Of a stretch of 64,000 nt of DNA, positions 38,999 through 55,335 are shown in pieces. A program made the translations under genes and the position numbers. The stretch is from the NCBI RefSeq assembly GCF_009914755.1, contig NC_060925.1. One strand, 5' to 3'. The notes under the pieces were generated by a model. The model searched no databases and had not been told where the DNA came from. It worked only from the letters and a program-made list of their open reading frames with translations. Position 1 is the first letter of the stretch. Each line of letters begins with the position of its first letter. Source of the DNA: the human T2T-CHM13v2.0 reference genome, Homo sapiens.

Positions 38999-41689
38999 AG
39001 AGAATTGCTTTTCTTGAGCTTTGGTGCAGTTACCCCTAATGAGTTCCATCCCAGTGCCTACAGTAAAGAGTTGTTACTGAAGACCCTTTTCATGATATTA
39101 CACAAGATCTTCCTTATGGCGTGTCTTAAGATAATTTTCTTTCTGGTTTTAATATTAGGAATAAGTTGTTTTGCTGGTTTTCACCTCGTGACCCCTGTGG
39201 CTTGGGCACTTAATAAGCTCCCACCTTTTCAAGTGATCTCCGGGAAGCTTGGCATCAATTGGTGGCCCACCAGTAATCAAGAGTTGGAATCATTAGGGAT
39301 ACATTTTTGTATCCCCCTTGTTCCTCGTCCTTGTTTTTCCTTTCTTTTATTCATCTACCTTTAATTTAATCTTGATTAACTATATCTGTATACGCACTTT
39401 AAATTTTTTTAAAGCTATCCCTTACAGGAAGGAAAATCTTTTCTAGAATAAGGAAGAGGAGGAAAGAAGAAAAAAAGGAGAAGGTAAAGAAGGTCAGAGA
39501 CTACTAAAAGTCCAAGGAAACCACGAAGGCCTAAGTCAGATAGAATGGCCAGTTCTTCATAAGCATGGGGTAATGTATAATGCATAGCAAAACAAACATC
39601 AAGAATAGAAACCTGTCAGATCAGAGCATCAGAGCTAGTCGGTTGCAGGAGTCATGAAGCATGATATGCTGTTAGGAGGAGCTCCAGAGAGCAGAGCCCC
39701 ATATGAACCATAAGCAAGGACTGTTTGATCCTCACCCAGATTTCCAAGCTCAGCAAGAGAAAAGGAAGGAAAATAGAGGGGAAAAAAGGTCTTTTCTGTG
39801 TTGCTACTCATTATTAGGAATGATTTGGAAAGCCAGTTCATAATATTGTCCTAGAATTGAGCTTCTGCTTCTAATAGTGTCAGTGATCTTGTTATACCTA
39901 TGGTGTTAAAATATGTATATTTATGTAGCACAGAAGTACTCAAATTCTCTGGCCTTTTAATACACAAATAACAATAGCTAAATTCCTATCAAGCATCCTC
40001 TAGGGCTGCAGAAAGTGCCTTTTATCAGGTTCGCCTCCTCAAGTACCTCCAGTGGTCACTGAGAAAACCTCCCCGGTTCCATAAACCCTCTCTGCTTGTC
40101 ACGTGCCATCTCAGTCCGAGCCCTTGCCCCCCAGAATATTGAGGTGCCATGCTCCTGCTTTCACCTCTTGTTGTCTTGTAACTCCAGGAATACCAACTCC
40201 CTCTACATGTAGTGCCTTAAATATGCATATAGCCATGTTCCTTAGCTCCCCAAATGTGGCTAATCTGAATCTAATCTGGGTGTGTAATAAATGCCCTTGG
40301 AACAAAGACATACAACAGAGAGTAGCTGACAAATGCCATTATATCTCCATGCTCAGAATCTAGGCTCAATTTCCACCAGACCCAAAGATCTCCCTCATTT
40401 TCAGTCCAAAGCCCACCTCATTTCTCTGTCTCTGTAGAGCATCTATTGTCTTCCATTCTCTTACAGGGCACAGTGAGGCCCTATTCTGTAACAAAAATGG
40501 CCTATTCTGTACTAAATAAAACCATGTGGCACAACAAACAGTCCACATCCTCTCCAGTCTTTTATCTTGTGTGCAGTAAAGAGACAATAAGTCCTGTGCA
40601 TCATACCTGCCATAACCTTGCCTCCTGCGTTCAGTGTGCAAATGCTTGAGCAAAACCCCTATGCATTTCATACACATAGAATGCTCAGAATACCACAGCT
40701 CAAATCCATGTGTAGAAAAAAATGTCCTAAATCTGAGGTCACACTCCAGATAATAGATCCAAATAGAATACTTAGCAGGTTTCCCCAAGGACAAGTGGAT
40801 TCTTACCTTACATCTGCCTGACCAAAGAGATCACTTACAAGACTCTCTCAGAACAGAAGGGTCTCAAAACAAGAGAAGGATCTTAACACACTCCAGTATC
40901 CTCATCTGAGTGCAGATGCTGTTTACAGGCCTCTAGCTGGCAGTTTTCCCACTCCATTCAGGCAAAGATCAAGCCACTACTTGAAAACCTATGAATTACC
41001 ACTCTATGACACCTTCATTGTGTCTATTCCTGATTCTGGTTCTAATCATGCACAAAACTTAAATATATAAAATGTCCAAATCAGCTGGTAAGCTAAATAA
41101 TTATTGTCATTGCATTTTAGTAATATCACAGTGCCTGTGGTATCTTGTAATTTATGTTTTTTTCAATAGCAACTTGATCATTTTAGTTTGAGGTTGTGTC
41201 TCCATAAATAGTTGGGTTGAATATAAGAATAAGTAATTTTTTTTAACTTTCATAATAGGCAGCAACTGAATAATGAATCAATCCCTAAAAGAGAGTCACT
41301 CCAGTTATCCTGAAGACTAACTACGTGAGTTTAGTTGACATACGTCAGCCTTCTAAAGCTTGGACACTCCTGGGGTACTGATAAAATGGATCCTATGAAG
41401 CTGAAGACCAGTCTTCATATTTATGATGAGCTCCCAAAGCGTGGTCATGGCATGAGGACCTTCCTGGGCCATCATCATCCAGCTTCTCTTTGGCATCTCT
41501 TTAGCTATAGTGGCACACAGGTGCCACTTAAGGGGTACTTTTTGCTAAATAACAAGGACCTTGTTATCAAATGTAGCTTAAATGAATATTACTCTCACCT
41601 GTAGAAACCCTAAGACTTATTTTCAGCTCTTGGTCACTTGCTGCTGCTATTTTTGGCTATCATTTTTTGAGTTGTTACTAACTGCCAAT

Positions 41690-41870
41690 CTCTGTGATAA
41701 GCTACTTTCGTATATTATCTCTAATCTTTAAGAAAATCCTGCGAGGTGGCCATTATTTTCATATTTTAAAGGTAATAACAGGCAAGTTCAGAAAGATGAA
41801 ATGCCTTGTCTATAGCCACATAGAGGTGACAAAACTGGGATCCAAACGCAAATCTGTCTAGCTCAAACAC
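41690..41870 (-). mobile_element. MIR
   Basis: tattatctctaatcttta...cattattttcatattttaaagg...ctgggatccaaac. Confidence 0.55.
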
Positions 41871-42074
41871 TTTCTTTTTCTTACTTACGTTCTGAGCATT
41901 TCTTGCTGGCTTAACAGAGTATAAATATTAGTAGCCATGTGTATAAATTGGAATCCAATAAAGAGAGATACCACATAGTAATATGAGCAGGGAAAGTGTA
42001 ATATAAGGAATTATTCACCATAACAGAGAATTGGAGTAAAGAAGAATTATCTAGTAAAAAGTGAAGGAGAGCTC

Positions 42075-42205
42075 TGATAACTCAATGATAAGAAGACAAA
42101 AAATTCATTTTTTAAAAAATAGACAAAAGATTTGAACAGATATTTCACCAAAGAAGATATATGAATGACTAATAAGTGCATGAAAAGATGCTCAACATCA
42201 TCAGT
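42075..42205 (+). mobile_element. L1M ORF2 fragment
   Basis: caaaagatttgaacagatatttcaccaaagaagatata...catgaaaagatgctcaacatca. Confidence 0.75.
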
Positions 42206-42435
42206 GCCCTGTCTGAAGGCAGCAGTTGCTACTTCACTCCAGTCAACTGCAATGTGGAAATACAGGTATAGAATTGCCAGATCACCTAGTTCTCCCCCCA
42301 CCAAAAGCCAGAAATTCAGATTTTTATCTAAGATTTTCCTTTTTTCCGTGTTGGAAACAAATTCAAAATATTTCTTAAAACATCACATACTTGAAACAAA
42401 GCATATCTACAGGACTGATATGACTTGTTTGTGAC
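42206..42435. mobile_element. hAT-Charlie DNA transposon relic (MER103C-like)
   Basis: ttgccagatc...aagccagaaattcagatttttat...aaacaaagcatatctacagg. Confidence 0.55.
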
Positions 42436-44199
42436 TTCCTCCATAGGTTTTCTATCTGGGGAGGGACATGGCAGAAGCAGTATTTTGGGAAGATATTTCT
42501 GGCAGCAGTATGTACAGTCTAGACTGAAGAGGAGAAGGTGAAGCCAGGGAAGACTAACAACGAGTCCAGAGATGGAGAGGAACAAACCTGACTGGGGTGG
42601 TGGCACAAAGGAGAGCATGTCCTGTTCATCCTTCCCTCCACAAAGCAGCTGGACAAGACCCAACCAGTGATGGGATCTCTGTAGCATCATTTTCCAAAGG
42701 AAGCTGGCACATGACAAGTGCTGCCTCCATTTCAAAATCCATTCATGTACCGACATTCGCCTACCCTCTCGGCCTTGATCCCACTCTCCTGAGGTGCCTG
42801 AGGGATCTTGCCACTGTGCGCATGGCACTAAGGAACTCTGCCTGCCAGTCCCAGAACTGCTCTTGTCTCACTCTGTTACCTTATGCAAATGGCAGGCATG
42901 GGAAGCCTGCTGCTCCATCTGGGAAATCCTCTGGACCACCCAACCTTCCTCTCGGAGAAAGTAAAGGGAGCAATAAGGAAATATTTGCCAAGCCCTGTAC
43001 AGCCACCTGTTTGCAGAGAGAGGGAGAGTTGCCATATTAATTATTAAGCAGACCTATCTGAGCCAAAGAGAGTCATGGAAACTTCATTATTATGCGTGGT
43101 ATGTGGCTGTCTTTGGAATATTCTGCTTGCTTGGTTTCTAATTTCCTTTTCTTACATGAGTCTTTCTCCCTCATAAATCTTTGCATCTCAATGTTCTGTT
43201 CTCTCCTCCCTTGTGTTCTGAACTAGGAGTTCCCACAAACCCTCTGTGGTTAAATCTACTCCTCTAAACACCACAGGCTCCAGGCAGCATTGTTCATGAA
43301 AGCGGGTGACACCCTTTGGCCTCCGCCCTCTAGAAGGGCCTGCTGAGTGAAGGCCCAGTCAGGGAGGGGAGGGATGGAGGGGTGTTGAGGAGATTGAGGT
43401 GGGCAGGGAGTCCCCCCACCTCTCCCAGCTGCCCAAGGAAACACTCTCCAACTGTTTCTCTAGAACAAACCAACCAACAAGCGCCAGGAGCCTTCCGTGA
43501 ATCTGACAGCCGGCTGATCACAGAATCCTCCCAGCAATGGCACTTAGCCCATAACTGGCAGCAAGTGCCCTCTAGAGGGAGTCAGAGGCATCCTCTCTGA
43601 GAGGCAAATTCTAATGTCCTGCCTGAATTGGGTACTTAGAGGGGCTTAGCAAATGATGCCAATTGGGGGGAAAAAAAGGAAAGAAAAGAGAAGCGGGGCA
43701 ACTGGTGTCTTCATCACTAAAAGACAGAGAGAAGCCTTCCTTTGGTATCAAGAGGAGTCTAACAGACTGTGCCATTCAAATTAGGCTACATTTCTGTGGC
43801 AGAAGCAGTGCACATGGCAGAACTAGCGGTGGGGTATGAGTGTGGTGGGCTCCACGGGCTCACTCTGAGAATCTGTCTCTAGCACACAAGGTGCCAGGCC
43901 TTAATTTGGTCTCCCTGTTGCTCCTGCTTCTGAAATGTGTTGAAGCAGATACAGCTGTTTAAACTGGCATCCCTGTTTATCTGTGTGTTCCCAGTGTCTA
44001 GTATTTAAACACCTGAACTGAATTTAAATTGCCATCAGCTTGTTAACTGCAAAATAATAGAACGATTTCAAGAAGATGGTGGTAGGGGCTGTATTTCGAC
44101 CACTCTGCTTTCTCATACAGACACCTCGCTCCCCAGGCCTTCTGCCAGATATCAAAAGTAGAGGGTATGTGCTGGGCCTGGTTTTTTTATGCCCTGAGG

Positions 44200-44420
44200 A
44201 TCAACATAGTGTAGTGAGAAAATCCTGGCTTTTGGAGTCAGCCCCGACTGGATTTCAATATGAGCCCCTCACTTACTAGTTGTGGGAATGGTAGACGTTT
44301 TTAAACTTTCTGCACATCAGTTTGCCCATCTTTAAAATGAAAGTATTAGTACTTATCTCAGAATCTATATGCTTTATTTAACATAATATAAATGATTTAA
44401 ATCACACATAGACATTTAAT
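44200..44420 (+). mobile_element. MIR
   Basis: catagtgtagtg...ggcttttggagtcag...cacttactagttgtg...cagtttgcccatctttaaaatg. Confidence 0.7.
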
Positions 44421-44658
44421 AACATGGAAAATGTATGACATATTAAGTAAAAAAAAAGGTGGTTATGGAACATTGTTATAGACTGAAATAACACCATTGT
44501 GTGGCTGCCCCAAGTTTTCTGTGGTGTTTGGGTCCACTGCTACCACATACACGTCGCACCATGTTGGAAATACATGGATTCAACTAGTACATGGGTCCCT
44601 ATTCACTTCTGCTGGTTTTCATCGAGACCACTGCCTCCTGATTTCTATTGCTCTCCAG

Positions 44659-44761
44659 GGAGGAATCTCTGTATCTTTTACCGTCACCACCTGCTCACTT
44701 TTGTCCTCACAAAAGCATCCTTTGGGGGTTGGCATTCCATGCCTGAGAGTAAGGAATACTG
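44659..44761 (+). other. Candidate exon (unverified)
   Basis: Branch-like cctgat, then ttctattgctctccag| acceptor and ctg|gtaagc donor; 103 bp in non-repeat DNA. Confidence 0.3.
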
Positions 44762-45022
44762 GTAAGCTGATGAGAAGAGCTTTACACTTTACAGTTTCAG
44801 GTTTTCTACACATATGGACCAAAGGGAATTAATCTCACCTAAGAAGCAAAAGACTCAACACTGTCACAAATTAATATTTAACCAGTAATTATCTCTTCTA
44901 TAAAATGATAGAAAAATGTATTGAAATGGGCTTCCTGATGCCCTGCTGTACTCTGTTGACAGTAAAAACTGATTCAAGCCTTTGGAAAACTATCCATCAA
45001 GAGCACTGAAAATGGCATACCT

Positions 45023-45320
<298 letters not shown>

Positions 45321-45333
45321 AAATCAAATTCTG

Positions 45334-45679
<346 letters not shown>

Positions 45680-46008
45680 CTAAGAAAATAATTTAGAATA
45701 CATAAAAACCTTTATTGCACAAAGATATTTATTGTAGCACTACTTAAACTAGTGAAAAACTAGAAAAAACTACTAGAAAAAGTATTAATTGTTCAAGGGA
45801 TAAGTATATTATGATACACCCAAAGATTAAAACCATTACTTACAGTTACGGCAAGTGGTCTCCAAAGATGGCTGCCAACATTGTTAGCGATGTTTTTCTT
45901 TCTACTTGAATAATCACCTCATTCTAAAAGAAGAATAATTTTGAATTTGGAAAAAATAAACTTTATTATTTCAGAAAGAGTTTGGGTTAGGTAATCTCTA
46001 AAATCACT

Positions 46009-46404
46009 TGTCACAGGTTGGGTTCTTTGGAGGCAGATATTGAGTTGAAGTTTGGGTGTAAGATGTTTATTCAGGATCAACACCTGTGAAAGGAAGAAGG
46101 CAGAGGGAGGATTAAGCAGAGGAAGAAGTTAAACTGCAGTACAGACCTGAGGGAGCTTTAGAACAAACACTACCAACAAGGGTGTCCTACATTGGGTCAA
46201 AATGGCCTGGCTTTTATATTCTCACCTCACTTAGACACCAAATACACTCAAAAGGTCATGACCTGAGGTGAAGTGCTTTCTGTGATGAGACCAAATCTGA
46301 GGGAGCTACAGCTAGAGGACGTGTGCTCATTACACTCCCCACAGCTGGGGCTATAAGTCTTTCCTGGGAAGGAGATCTGAGTGGGGCCTTTCCATGTCTG
46401 TTAC
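46009..46404 (-). mobile_element. LTR16-like ERVL LTR
   Basis: tgtcacaggttgggttc...gatgtttattcaggatcaacacctgtgaaagg...ggagatctgagtgg. Confidence 0.65.
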
Positions 46405-46944
46405 CTCCCTCCTAGGTCCGTGTTCTTGTGCTCCAATTTCATATGCTTATTTGTTGAACAAACACATTAGCAATAATAATATAATCTTACGTAGCACTTT
46501 TATAATGCTTTCATGTATGGCATGCTTCCCTAATTCACAGTACTGAACCAAGGAGTCTGAAGGCTATTTTTTTAAAGTACTGTACAGATTTTTAATGACA
46601 TTTGCTTTCACCACACTTCAGTAAGACCATTTCATCAGTGTAGTTAAAATTGTGAAACACGTAACATTTGTGCTGCTTCTTCTCAACATATCACTCTCCC
46701 CCTCCTAGCAACTCTTCTCCCTTTCCCTGTCAGACAGTTATTGCTCTAATATTGGTAAAAGTCTCTTTGCTCATTGTAGCATCCTACCCCAAATGCTCCT
46801 TCAGGTAGCTCACTCTCTTTTCTACAACTAAACTTCAACTGGCTGAAATTAGAAAATGACCAATACATTTATGCATACATGTTCTATGACTAACGACCAT
46901 GTGCTATTCTTTTAAACATGTCCTTTTTGCTTTTCAAAAGTAAT

Positions 46945-47338
46945 TTCTGGATATAACACCAAAAGCCCCGGCAACAGAAGAAAAAAATGGTGAATTGAAC
47001 TTCAAAATTAAAAACTTGTGTCTCAAAGGACACTATTTTAACAGAGTGAAAAGGCAACTCACAGAATGGCAGAAATATTTGCAAGTCATATATAAAGTAC
47101 TTGATAAGAGATTGATACCTGGACTATATAAAGAGCTCCTGCAACTCAACAACAAAACACTCACACAACCCAATTCAACACTGGGCAAGGGACTTGAATA
47201 GACATTTCTCCAAAAAAGATATACAAATGGCCAAAAATCACATGAAAAGAAGCTCAGCATCGCTAATCATTAGGAAAATAGCTAATCAAAGCCAACGAGA
47301 TACCACATCATACCCATCATACCCATTAGGATGGCTGT

Positions 47339-47376
<38 letters not shown>

Positions 47377-48035
47377 AGAAAATAACAAGTGTTGACAAGG
47401 ACGTAGAATAACTGGAGGCCTTGTGCATTGCTGGTGGGAATGTGAAATGGTGTAGCCACTGTGGAAAACATTATGGTTGCTCCTTTAAAAAGTTAAACAT
47501 AGAATTACCACATGATCCAGCAATCCCACTTCTGGGTATGTACCCAAAAGAATAGAAAACAAGAACTCAGTCATTTGTACACCCATGTTCATGGCAACAT
47601 TACTTACAACAGCCAAAAGATAGGAAAAAAATCCCAAATGTCCATCAACAAAATGTGATATGTACACACAGCAGAATATTATTCTGCCTTAAAAGGGAAA
47701 TAAATTCTGATACATGCTACAGCATGGATGAAACTTGAAGACATTCTGCTACATGAAATAATCTAAACACAAAAGGACAAATATTATATGATTGCACTTA
47801 TATGAGATACCTAGAGTAGTCAAACTCATAAAGACAGAACACAGAAAGGCGGCTTCCAGGGTCTGAGGGAGGAAGGAGTCGGTGGTTCTTGTTTGATATG
47901 ATGGAAATTTCTGGAGATGGATGGTGGTGCCAGTTGCACAACATGGTGGAGGTATTTAATATCACTAAACTTTACTTTCAAAAATGGTTAAAATGGTAAA
48001 TTTGATGTTATGTATATTTTACCACAATTTTTTTT
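46945..48035 (+). mobile_element. L1MB 3' portion
   Basis: ORF2 end (NRHFSKKDIQMAKNHMKR) and L1MB tail aaaatggttaaaatggtaaatttgatgttatgtatattttaccacaat. Confidence 0.85.
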
Positions 48036-48257
48036 AAGTGATTCCCACTGACTGGCAAGGCTGTAAGGCCATTGGTGTATAAGCTCTTTGAAAGCATGGG
48101 CTACATGGCATGTTACCCAGAATTTGAAATCAGACAGACATGAGTCCTAGTCCTCTCTCTACTAATACATGTTAGCAATGAGAATTTGAGTAACATATGC
48201 CAACTTCCCAAGCCATAATTTCCTTATCTCTAAAGTGGAGTTTATTATAACTATCAG

Positions 48258-49140
<883 letters not shown>

Positions 49141-49567
49141 CTTACCTTTCTTTGTTACTGGAGGAAGTAAATGTAATAATTATACAGCAGCCTGGCACAT
49201 TGTACTCTGTCCTATTCACCTCTGAATCCCACCCAGAACACGGTAAATGCCCAACAAATTTTGCTGGACGAGAACACAAAATTGGGAATTGTGTGTCTTA
49301 CCTGCATTGTGCAAACTCAGAGTATGAGCATAAACCTAGCAAAGCATTGTGCTTCCCTGGGTAGTGAGTTCCTTCTTTCACGAAGCTGAAACTGGCATGA
49401 TGTGCTGGCAGACTAACACTCTACCAGTATAGGGTCATCACTTCAGAATAATTAAACTGAACACTTATTTAGTGCTTACTATGAGCAAAGCACTGATGAA
49501 AAGAACGGTGAACACAAACAGACAAATGGAATCAAACACAAAATAAAGTTTATTAGAGACGATCACC

Positions 49568-49920
49568 TGCCATGGTTTGAATGTATCATTCAAAGTTCAC
49601 ATATTGCAACTTAATCCCCAGTTGAACTATGTTGAGAGGTGAGATCTTTAAGAGGTGATTAAGTCATGAGTGCTTTGCTCTAACTGACAGATTAATGTCA
49701 TTAGGAGTAGGTTCCTGATATAAAGGAACTTTCCTCTCCTGCTCTCTCTTGCCCTTCAGCCTTCCACCAGGGGATGATGCAGCACAAAGGCTCTTCCCAG
49801 ATGCCAGTGTCTTGATACTGGACGTCCCAGCCTACACAACTGTGAGAAATAAATTCCCTGTCTTTATAAATTAACCAGTATGTGGCATTCTGTAATACCA
49901 ACCTAAAGGAGACCAAGACA
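49568..49920 (+). mobile_element. MST-family MaLR LTR
   Basis: tgccatggtttgaatgt...aactgtgagaaataaatt...gaccaagaca; TSD tcacc/gcacc. Confidence 0.8.
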
Positions 49921-50799
49921 GCACCTAAAGGATTGGAGTGTAGTAAATGGAAGTCTGTCACTCTGCCTATGGGACCAGGAAAGGCATTTCTCAGGAAAGG
50001 TGGCCTCGAAAATGAGCTGGGTCTCGAAAATTAGTATGCACATACACTAACATTGCCTAGGAAAAGAATACCTATGAGCAGATATAGCCTGTCCTGTTTT
50101 AGGATTGCAGGAGAGTGGGCTCATTTAGCACTCCTATATAAATTAGCCTCTGAAAGGGGCTTGAGAAATTAGGCATTAGTTTATTTTAGTTTGTTTTTTC
50201 CACCAATTCTACCCACTTCCTCCTTTGGGGAAAAAAAAATCTTCCCCTATAACAAACAATATAATGTTAGTTAAAAAATCATATCAAAGTATGTCGCTTG
50301 TAATTATTTGAAAAATAGTTTAATAAACTAAGCTCTGCAGTTGGAGGAGGGATATGGATTGCTTTCCAGGTAATTTAAGGGATCCTGAGCACATAGCTAT
50401 AACACAGCTGTTTCTAGGGCTCAGGGAGAACTAGCCTTTCCAAGACCAATGTCCCATTGGTTTATCCTGCCAAAAGCTCTGGGCTTGTCCATGAAGCAGT
50501 GACTGTGGGGTTAGATGAGTAACAGTGGATTGGATCCTTAAAATCACCACATCTCACCTTGGATGAGCCATAGTTGCAGAAAGAGTATTTCATTAGGGAA
50601 AAAGTCATATTTCCTACCAAAGAGGTAGAGTGATTTCATGGATTTAAAACCACAAGGTACTAAAATAACATTATCTGACAGGAAGGTAGAGAGGGCTCCT
50701 GAACCTAGAAATACTTGGACTGAGAGTCTGAGTGTCTTGATGTAATAATGTTGCCATTTTCTCTTATTAGTCTAGTTACCAGCAAACTATGGATCCCTC

Positions 50800-51430
50800 A
50801 AAAATCAATTCAGTACCATATGACCTGCCAATTCTACTCCTAGGTATGTACCCAAGAGAACTGAAAACATGTTCCTAAAAGACTTGTACACAGATGTTCA
50901 TAGCAGCATTGTTCATAATAGCCTTTATTCACATAGCATTATATAATGCTATGTGAATGCTATGTGAATAGCATAGAATAGTGTGTTACGTGAATAGCAT
51001 TATTCACATAGCACATTATTCACAACGTCTATCAACAGATAAATGGATAAATAAAATATATATTATACTGTGGAATATTACTCTGTCATAAAAATGAAGC
51101 ACTGATTCATGCTACAACACAAATAAAGCTTAAAAACATTATGCTAAATGAAAGAAGTCAGACACAAAATGCATATATCGGATGATTCCATTTATATGAA
51201 ATGCCTAGAATTAGGGAATCCATAGCGACAGAAAGTAGCTTACTGGTTGCTAGGGGTTCAGGGGAGGGAAGAATGAAGAGTGAGTGCAAATGGGCTTGGG
51301 GTAACAAATGAGTTCTGGAATTAGATAGTGGTGATGATTGTGCAATTTTGTGAACATACTAAAAATCAGTGAATTGTAGTCTTCAAAAGGGTGAATTTTA
51401 TGGTACATGAACTTTAGCTCATTTAACATA
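50800..51430 (+). mobile_element. L1MB 3' end
   Basis: caattctactcctaggtatgtacccaagagaactgaaaacat...gggtgaattttatggtacatgaa. Confidence 0.85.
50927..50958. repeat. Perfect 32-bp palindrome attcacatagcattat|ataatgctatgtgaat
   Basis: The second half is the exact reverse complement of the first; further partial copies run to ~51024. Confidence 0.95.
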
Positions 51431-52087
51431 CAAAACAATTCAGACAGATCCAACTTCATGAAGATGTCCCTGAGCCTCATGGTTAGAACTAACCAGTCCC
51501 TCCTGTGCACAACCTTTAGAGCACACTGTTATTGTGGACTAATGCAATTTTTCATGTATGCCAGCCTCCTCTGATAATAGTAAGCTCTTCAGAAGCAGGA
51601 TTATGTCTTGTCCATGTCCGTATCCTCAACTGGGCACAGTGCTTGAAATTCAGCACATATTCAATAAATATATGTTGAATTGAAGATATTTTCCAAGACT
51701 TTTACAATCTGCAGTAATACTGAGCAATCCATTTATAAATATAATAAATAGTACATATAAACTGTGTGTAAGTTTTTTGTGATATAAAAATGAAAGAGGC
51801 ATAGTCTCTACCTTTGAGGAACTTATATATTTTTGACAAAAATAAGTAGACTTAAATACCTACAAAGCAAGGAAGAAAATAAGTGCTATGTAAACGGCAT
51901 AATGATCGACACCTAATAGTTCAAAGAAGTAAAAATTACTACCTGAGTGTGATGGGGAAGATTTTTTTAAAAGATAGTTGTATAAAAGTGAGCTTTAGGG
52001 ATGTAACAAGATGTTAAAAGGAAAGCTTCAGCTAAGGCACATTCTAGAGCTATGTGTTGGACCAAAATGCAAACACTTTCAAAGTAG

Positions 52088-52419
<332 letters not shown>

Positions 52420-52705
52420 CTGGGTTGGTAACTCTTAAATGATTACCCACACTGATGGCGTAAAGGGATGCTGAATTGGAGATCAGGAAGACTTTTGAAA
52501 AGGATTTCTTTGGAGGGAAGTATTGGGTTCCAAGAATTCTATCCTTCTCATTATGGGGGAAAAAGGGGAGAGAAGAAGAGAGGAAAGGACAGGAGAGGAG
52601 AGGAGAAAGGGGGAGAAAGAGGGTGGGGGTGGGAAGGAGGGATATCTGCTCCTTAAATCAAACCAAAGGACAGAACTTTTATGGAACCATCCGTGGAGCT
52701 TAATA

Positions 52706-53516
52706 TGTGTCTTCTAAAGTTTGAGGGACACAGGGGACTTCTGACTGGTTCATGCTTGAGAAATCTAAATCCAGAGTGCTGAGTTATGGGGAAGGGGCTG
52801 CATTCCCAGAGTTTTCCTGGACAAACATGTTTCCTATGGACCAGATGTGGCCCATGAGGGAAAGGGAGTTGTGTGGTGTTGCTTAGCCCGTGTTTATAAT
52901 GACCTCCTGCAGGAGTGAGGAGCCTCAATACAGGAAAGCTGGAGATGAACTGCTGCTGGATACCTAAGGCTGCAGAAAGGTGGGGAAAAGGAAGAGTCTC
53001 AGAGCAACCCATGAAAATCCCTTAAAAGAGCAATCAGCTTTAAACATCTGCAAAGGCCAGAGAGCACCAACTTGATCACCTGCACAGCACCAGTCAACTA
53101 AGAACTTTGCTAGTACTCCTTCATTGATCTCCCTTCCTAAGCTCCAGATCCTAGAGTGGTCAGAATCAGCTTTAGAAAGATGGTAAAAGGAGAAGAATCA
53201 TGAGATTATCCCCTAACCCACTTTCAAATTTCAGACTTCTAGCCTGTGGCCAGTACAAACTGGAGGAGAGGAGGAGAAACTTCAAGGTTAAGAATTATCA
53301 TTCTTACCTATGACTGCCATTTTAATTCCTGATTTCCACCATGTTTTGTGACTTTAAAAATGGCTGAGTACCTTTAATATCTCTGAGGGGCAACCTCTGT
53401 TTTTTCCTAGGGTCAAGGAGAACAGCCCCTCAGTGGAGATGTAAAGAGACAGTCAAAAATGAATTTGCTTTAAGATTCCATTCTACCAGTTGTGTTTGTT
53501 TCATATAAACATTACA
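52706..53516 (+). mobile_element. Old LTR (LTR78-like)
   Basis: TG...CA termini (tgtgtcttctaaag...aaacattaca); the 3' end resembles the recalled LTR78 consensus. Confidence 0.4.
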
Positions 53517-54157
53517 GATAGAAATAGGAAAATGGGTCTTGATAAAAGGAATCGAGGTAGCCAGATCCAAGGTCTATTTGGAAAAGGACACATAGAGAAA
53601 AACATCTATCTCTGGGATGGAAATAGTGGAAAATGTAGACGGGAAGCTGATTTAAAGGGCCTCCAGTACCAAACTGAAGGGTCATTTAAATACTGGAGTA
53701 TAATTTCAGTGTATTTTGGTATTTCAGTATGTTTTGTATTGACATATTTTCAGTACTTGAGATCAGTAAAACTAAGTATTCAATACTTGTAATTATTTAT
53801 TTCTTTACTTTAATTGACCAGTAAAAATTGTATGTATTTGTGGTATACAACAACATGATGTTTTAATATGTGTATACATTGTGAAATGGATAAATCAAGC
53901 TAATTAACCATCATCTAAATATCTATAATCTAAGATACTTTTTTTATGGTGAGAATATTTAAAATCTACTCTCAGCAATTTTCAAATATATAATATATTG
54001 TCATTAACTATAGTCAACAAAGTGAACAATATATCTTCTGAACTTACTCCTCCTGTCTACCTGAAATTTTGTGTCATTTGACTAATATCTCCCCAATCCT
54101 CCCATCCCTCAGCCTCTGGTAAGTACCACTTTATTCCTTATTTCTGTTAAGTTTGAG

Positions 54158-54466
54158 GTTTTTTGTTTTTTTTTTTTTTAAAGAGATGGGGTCTCACTAT
54201 GTTGCCCAGGCTGGAGTGCTTATCCTACCACTGATAAGCATGGGATATTTGACCTGCTCCATTTCTGACCTGGGCTGGTTCACCCCTCCTTAGAAAACCT
54301 AGCGGTCCCCTGCTCTCAAAAAGGTCACCTACTACTGATGCTGAACTTAGTGCAGACACCCTATTGGCATAGCACACTACAGCCCAGAACTCCTGGACTT
54401 AAGCAATCATCCTGCCTCAGCCCCTGGAGTAGATGGACTACAGGCATGTGCCACTTAACCACTGGC
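54158..54466 (-). pseudogene. 7SL (SRP RNA) processed pseudogene
   Basis: Contains the S domain that Alu lacks (antisense gacctgctccatttctgacctgggctggttcacccctccttag and gatgctgaacttagtgcagacacc); poly(T) tail; TSD taagtttgag at 54148-54157 and 54467-54476. Confidence 0.92.
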
Positions 54467-54830
54467 TAAGTTTGAGTTTTTAAATACTCCACATACGAGA
54501 TTATGTGGTATTTGTCATTCTGTGCCTGACTTATTTCACTTAACAAAATGTCCTCCAAGTTCATCCATGTTGTCATAAATGAGAGGATTTTTTTTTATTT
54601 TCTAAGGCTGATTAGTATTCCATTATGTACATATAACACATTTTCTTTATCCAGTCATCCTTTGATGGACACTTAGGTTGTTCCATATCTTGAACATTGT
54701 GAATAATGCTACAGTGAACATGGGATTGTAGGTGTCCCTTCAACATACAGATTTTATTTCTTTTGGATATAGACCCAGGAGTGGGATTGCAGGATCATAT
54801 GGTACTGTAGTCCAATTTTTAATTTTTTGA

Positions 54831-55335
<505 letters not shown>

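Noticed and set aside
42328-43040. Overlapping 166-aa and 147-aa ORFs on opposite strands
   Set aside because: They overlap a DNA-transposon relic and probable old LTR sequence, with no recognisable domain
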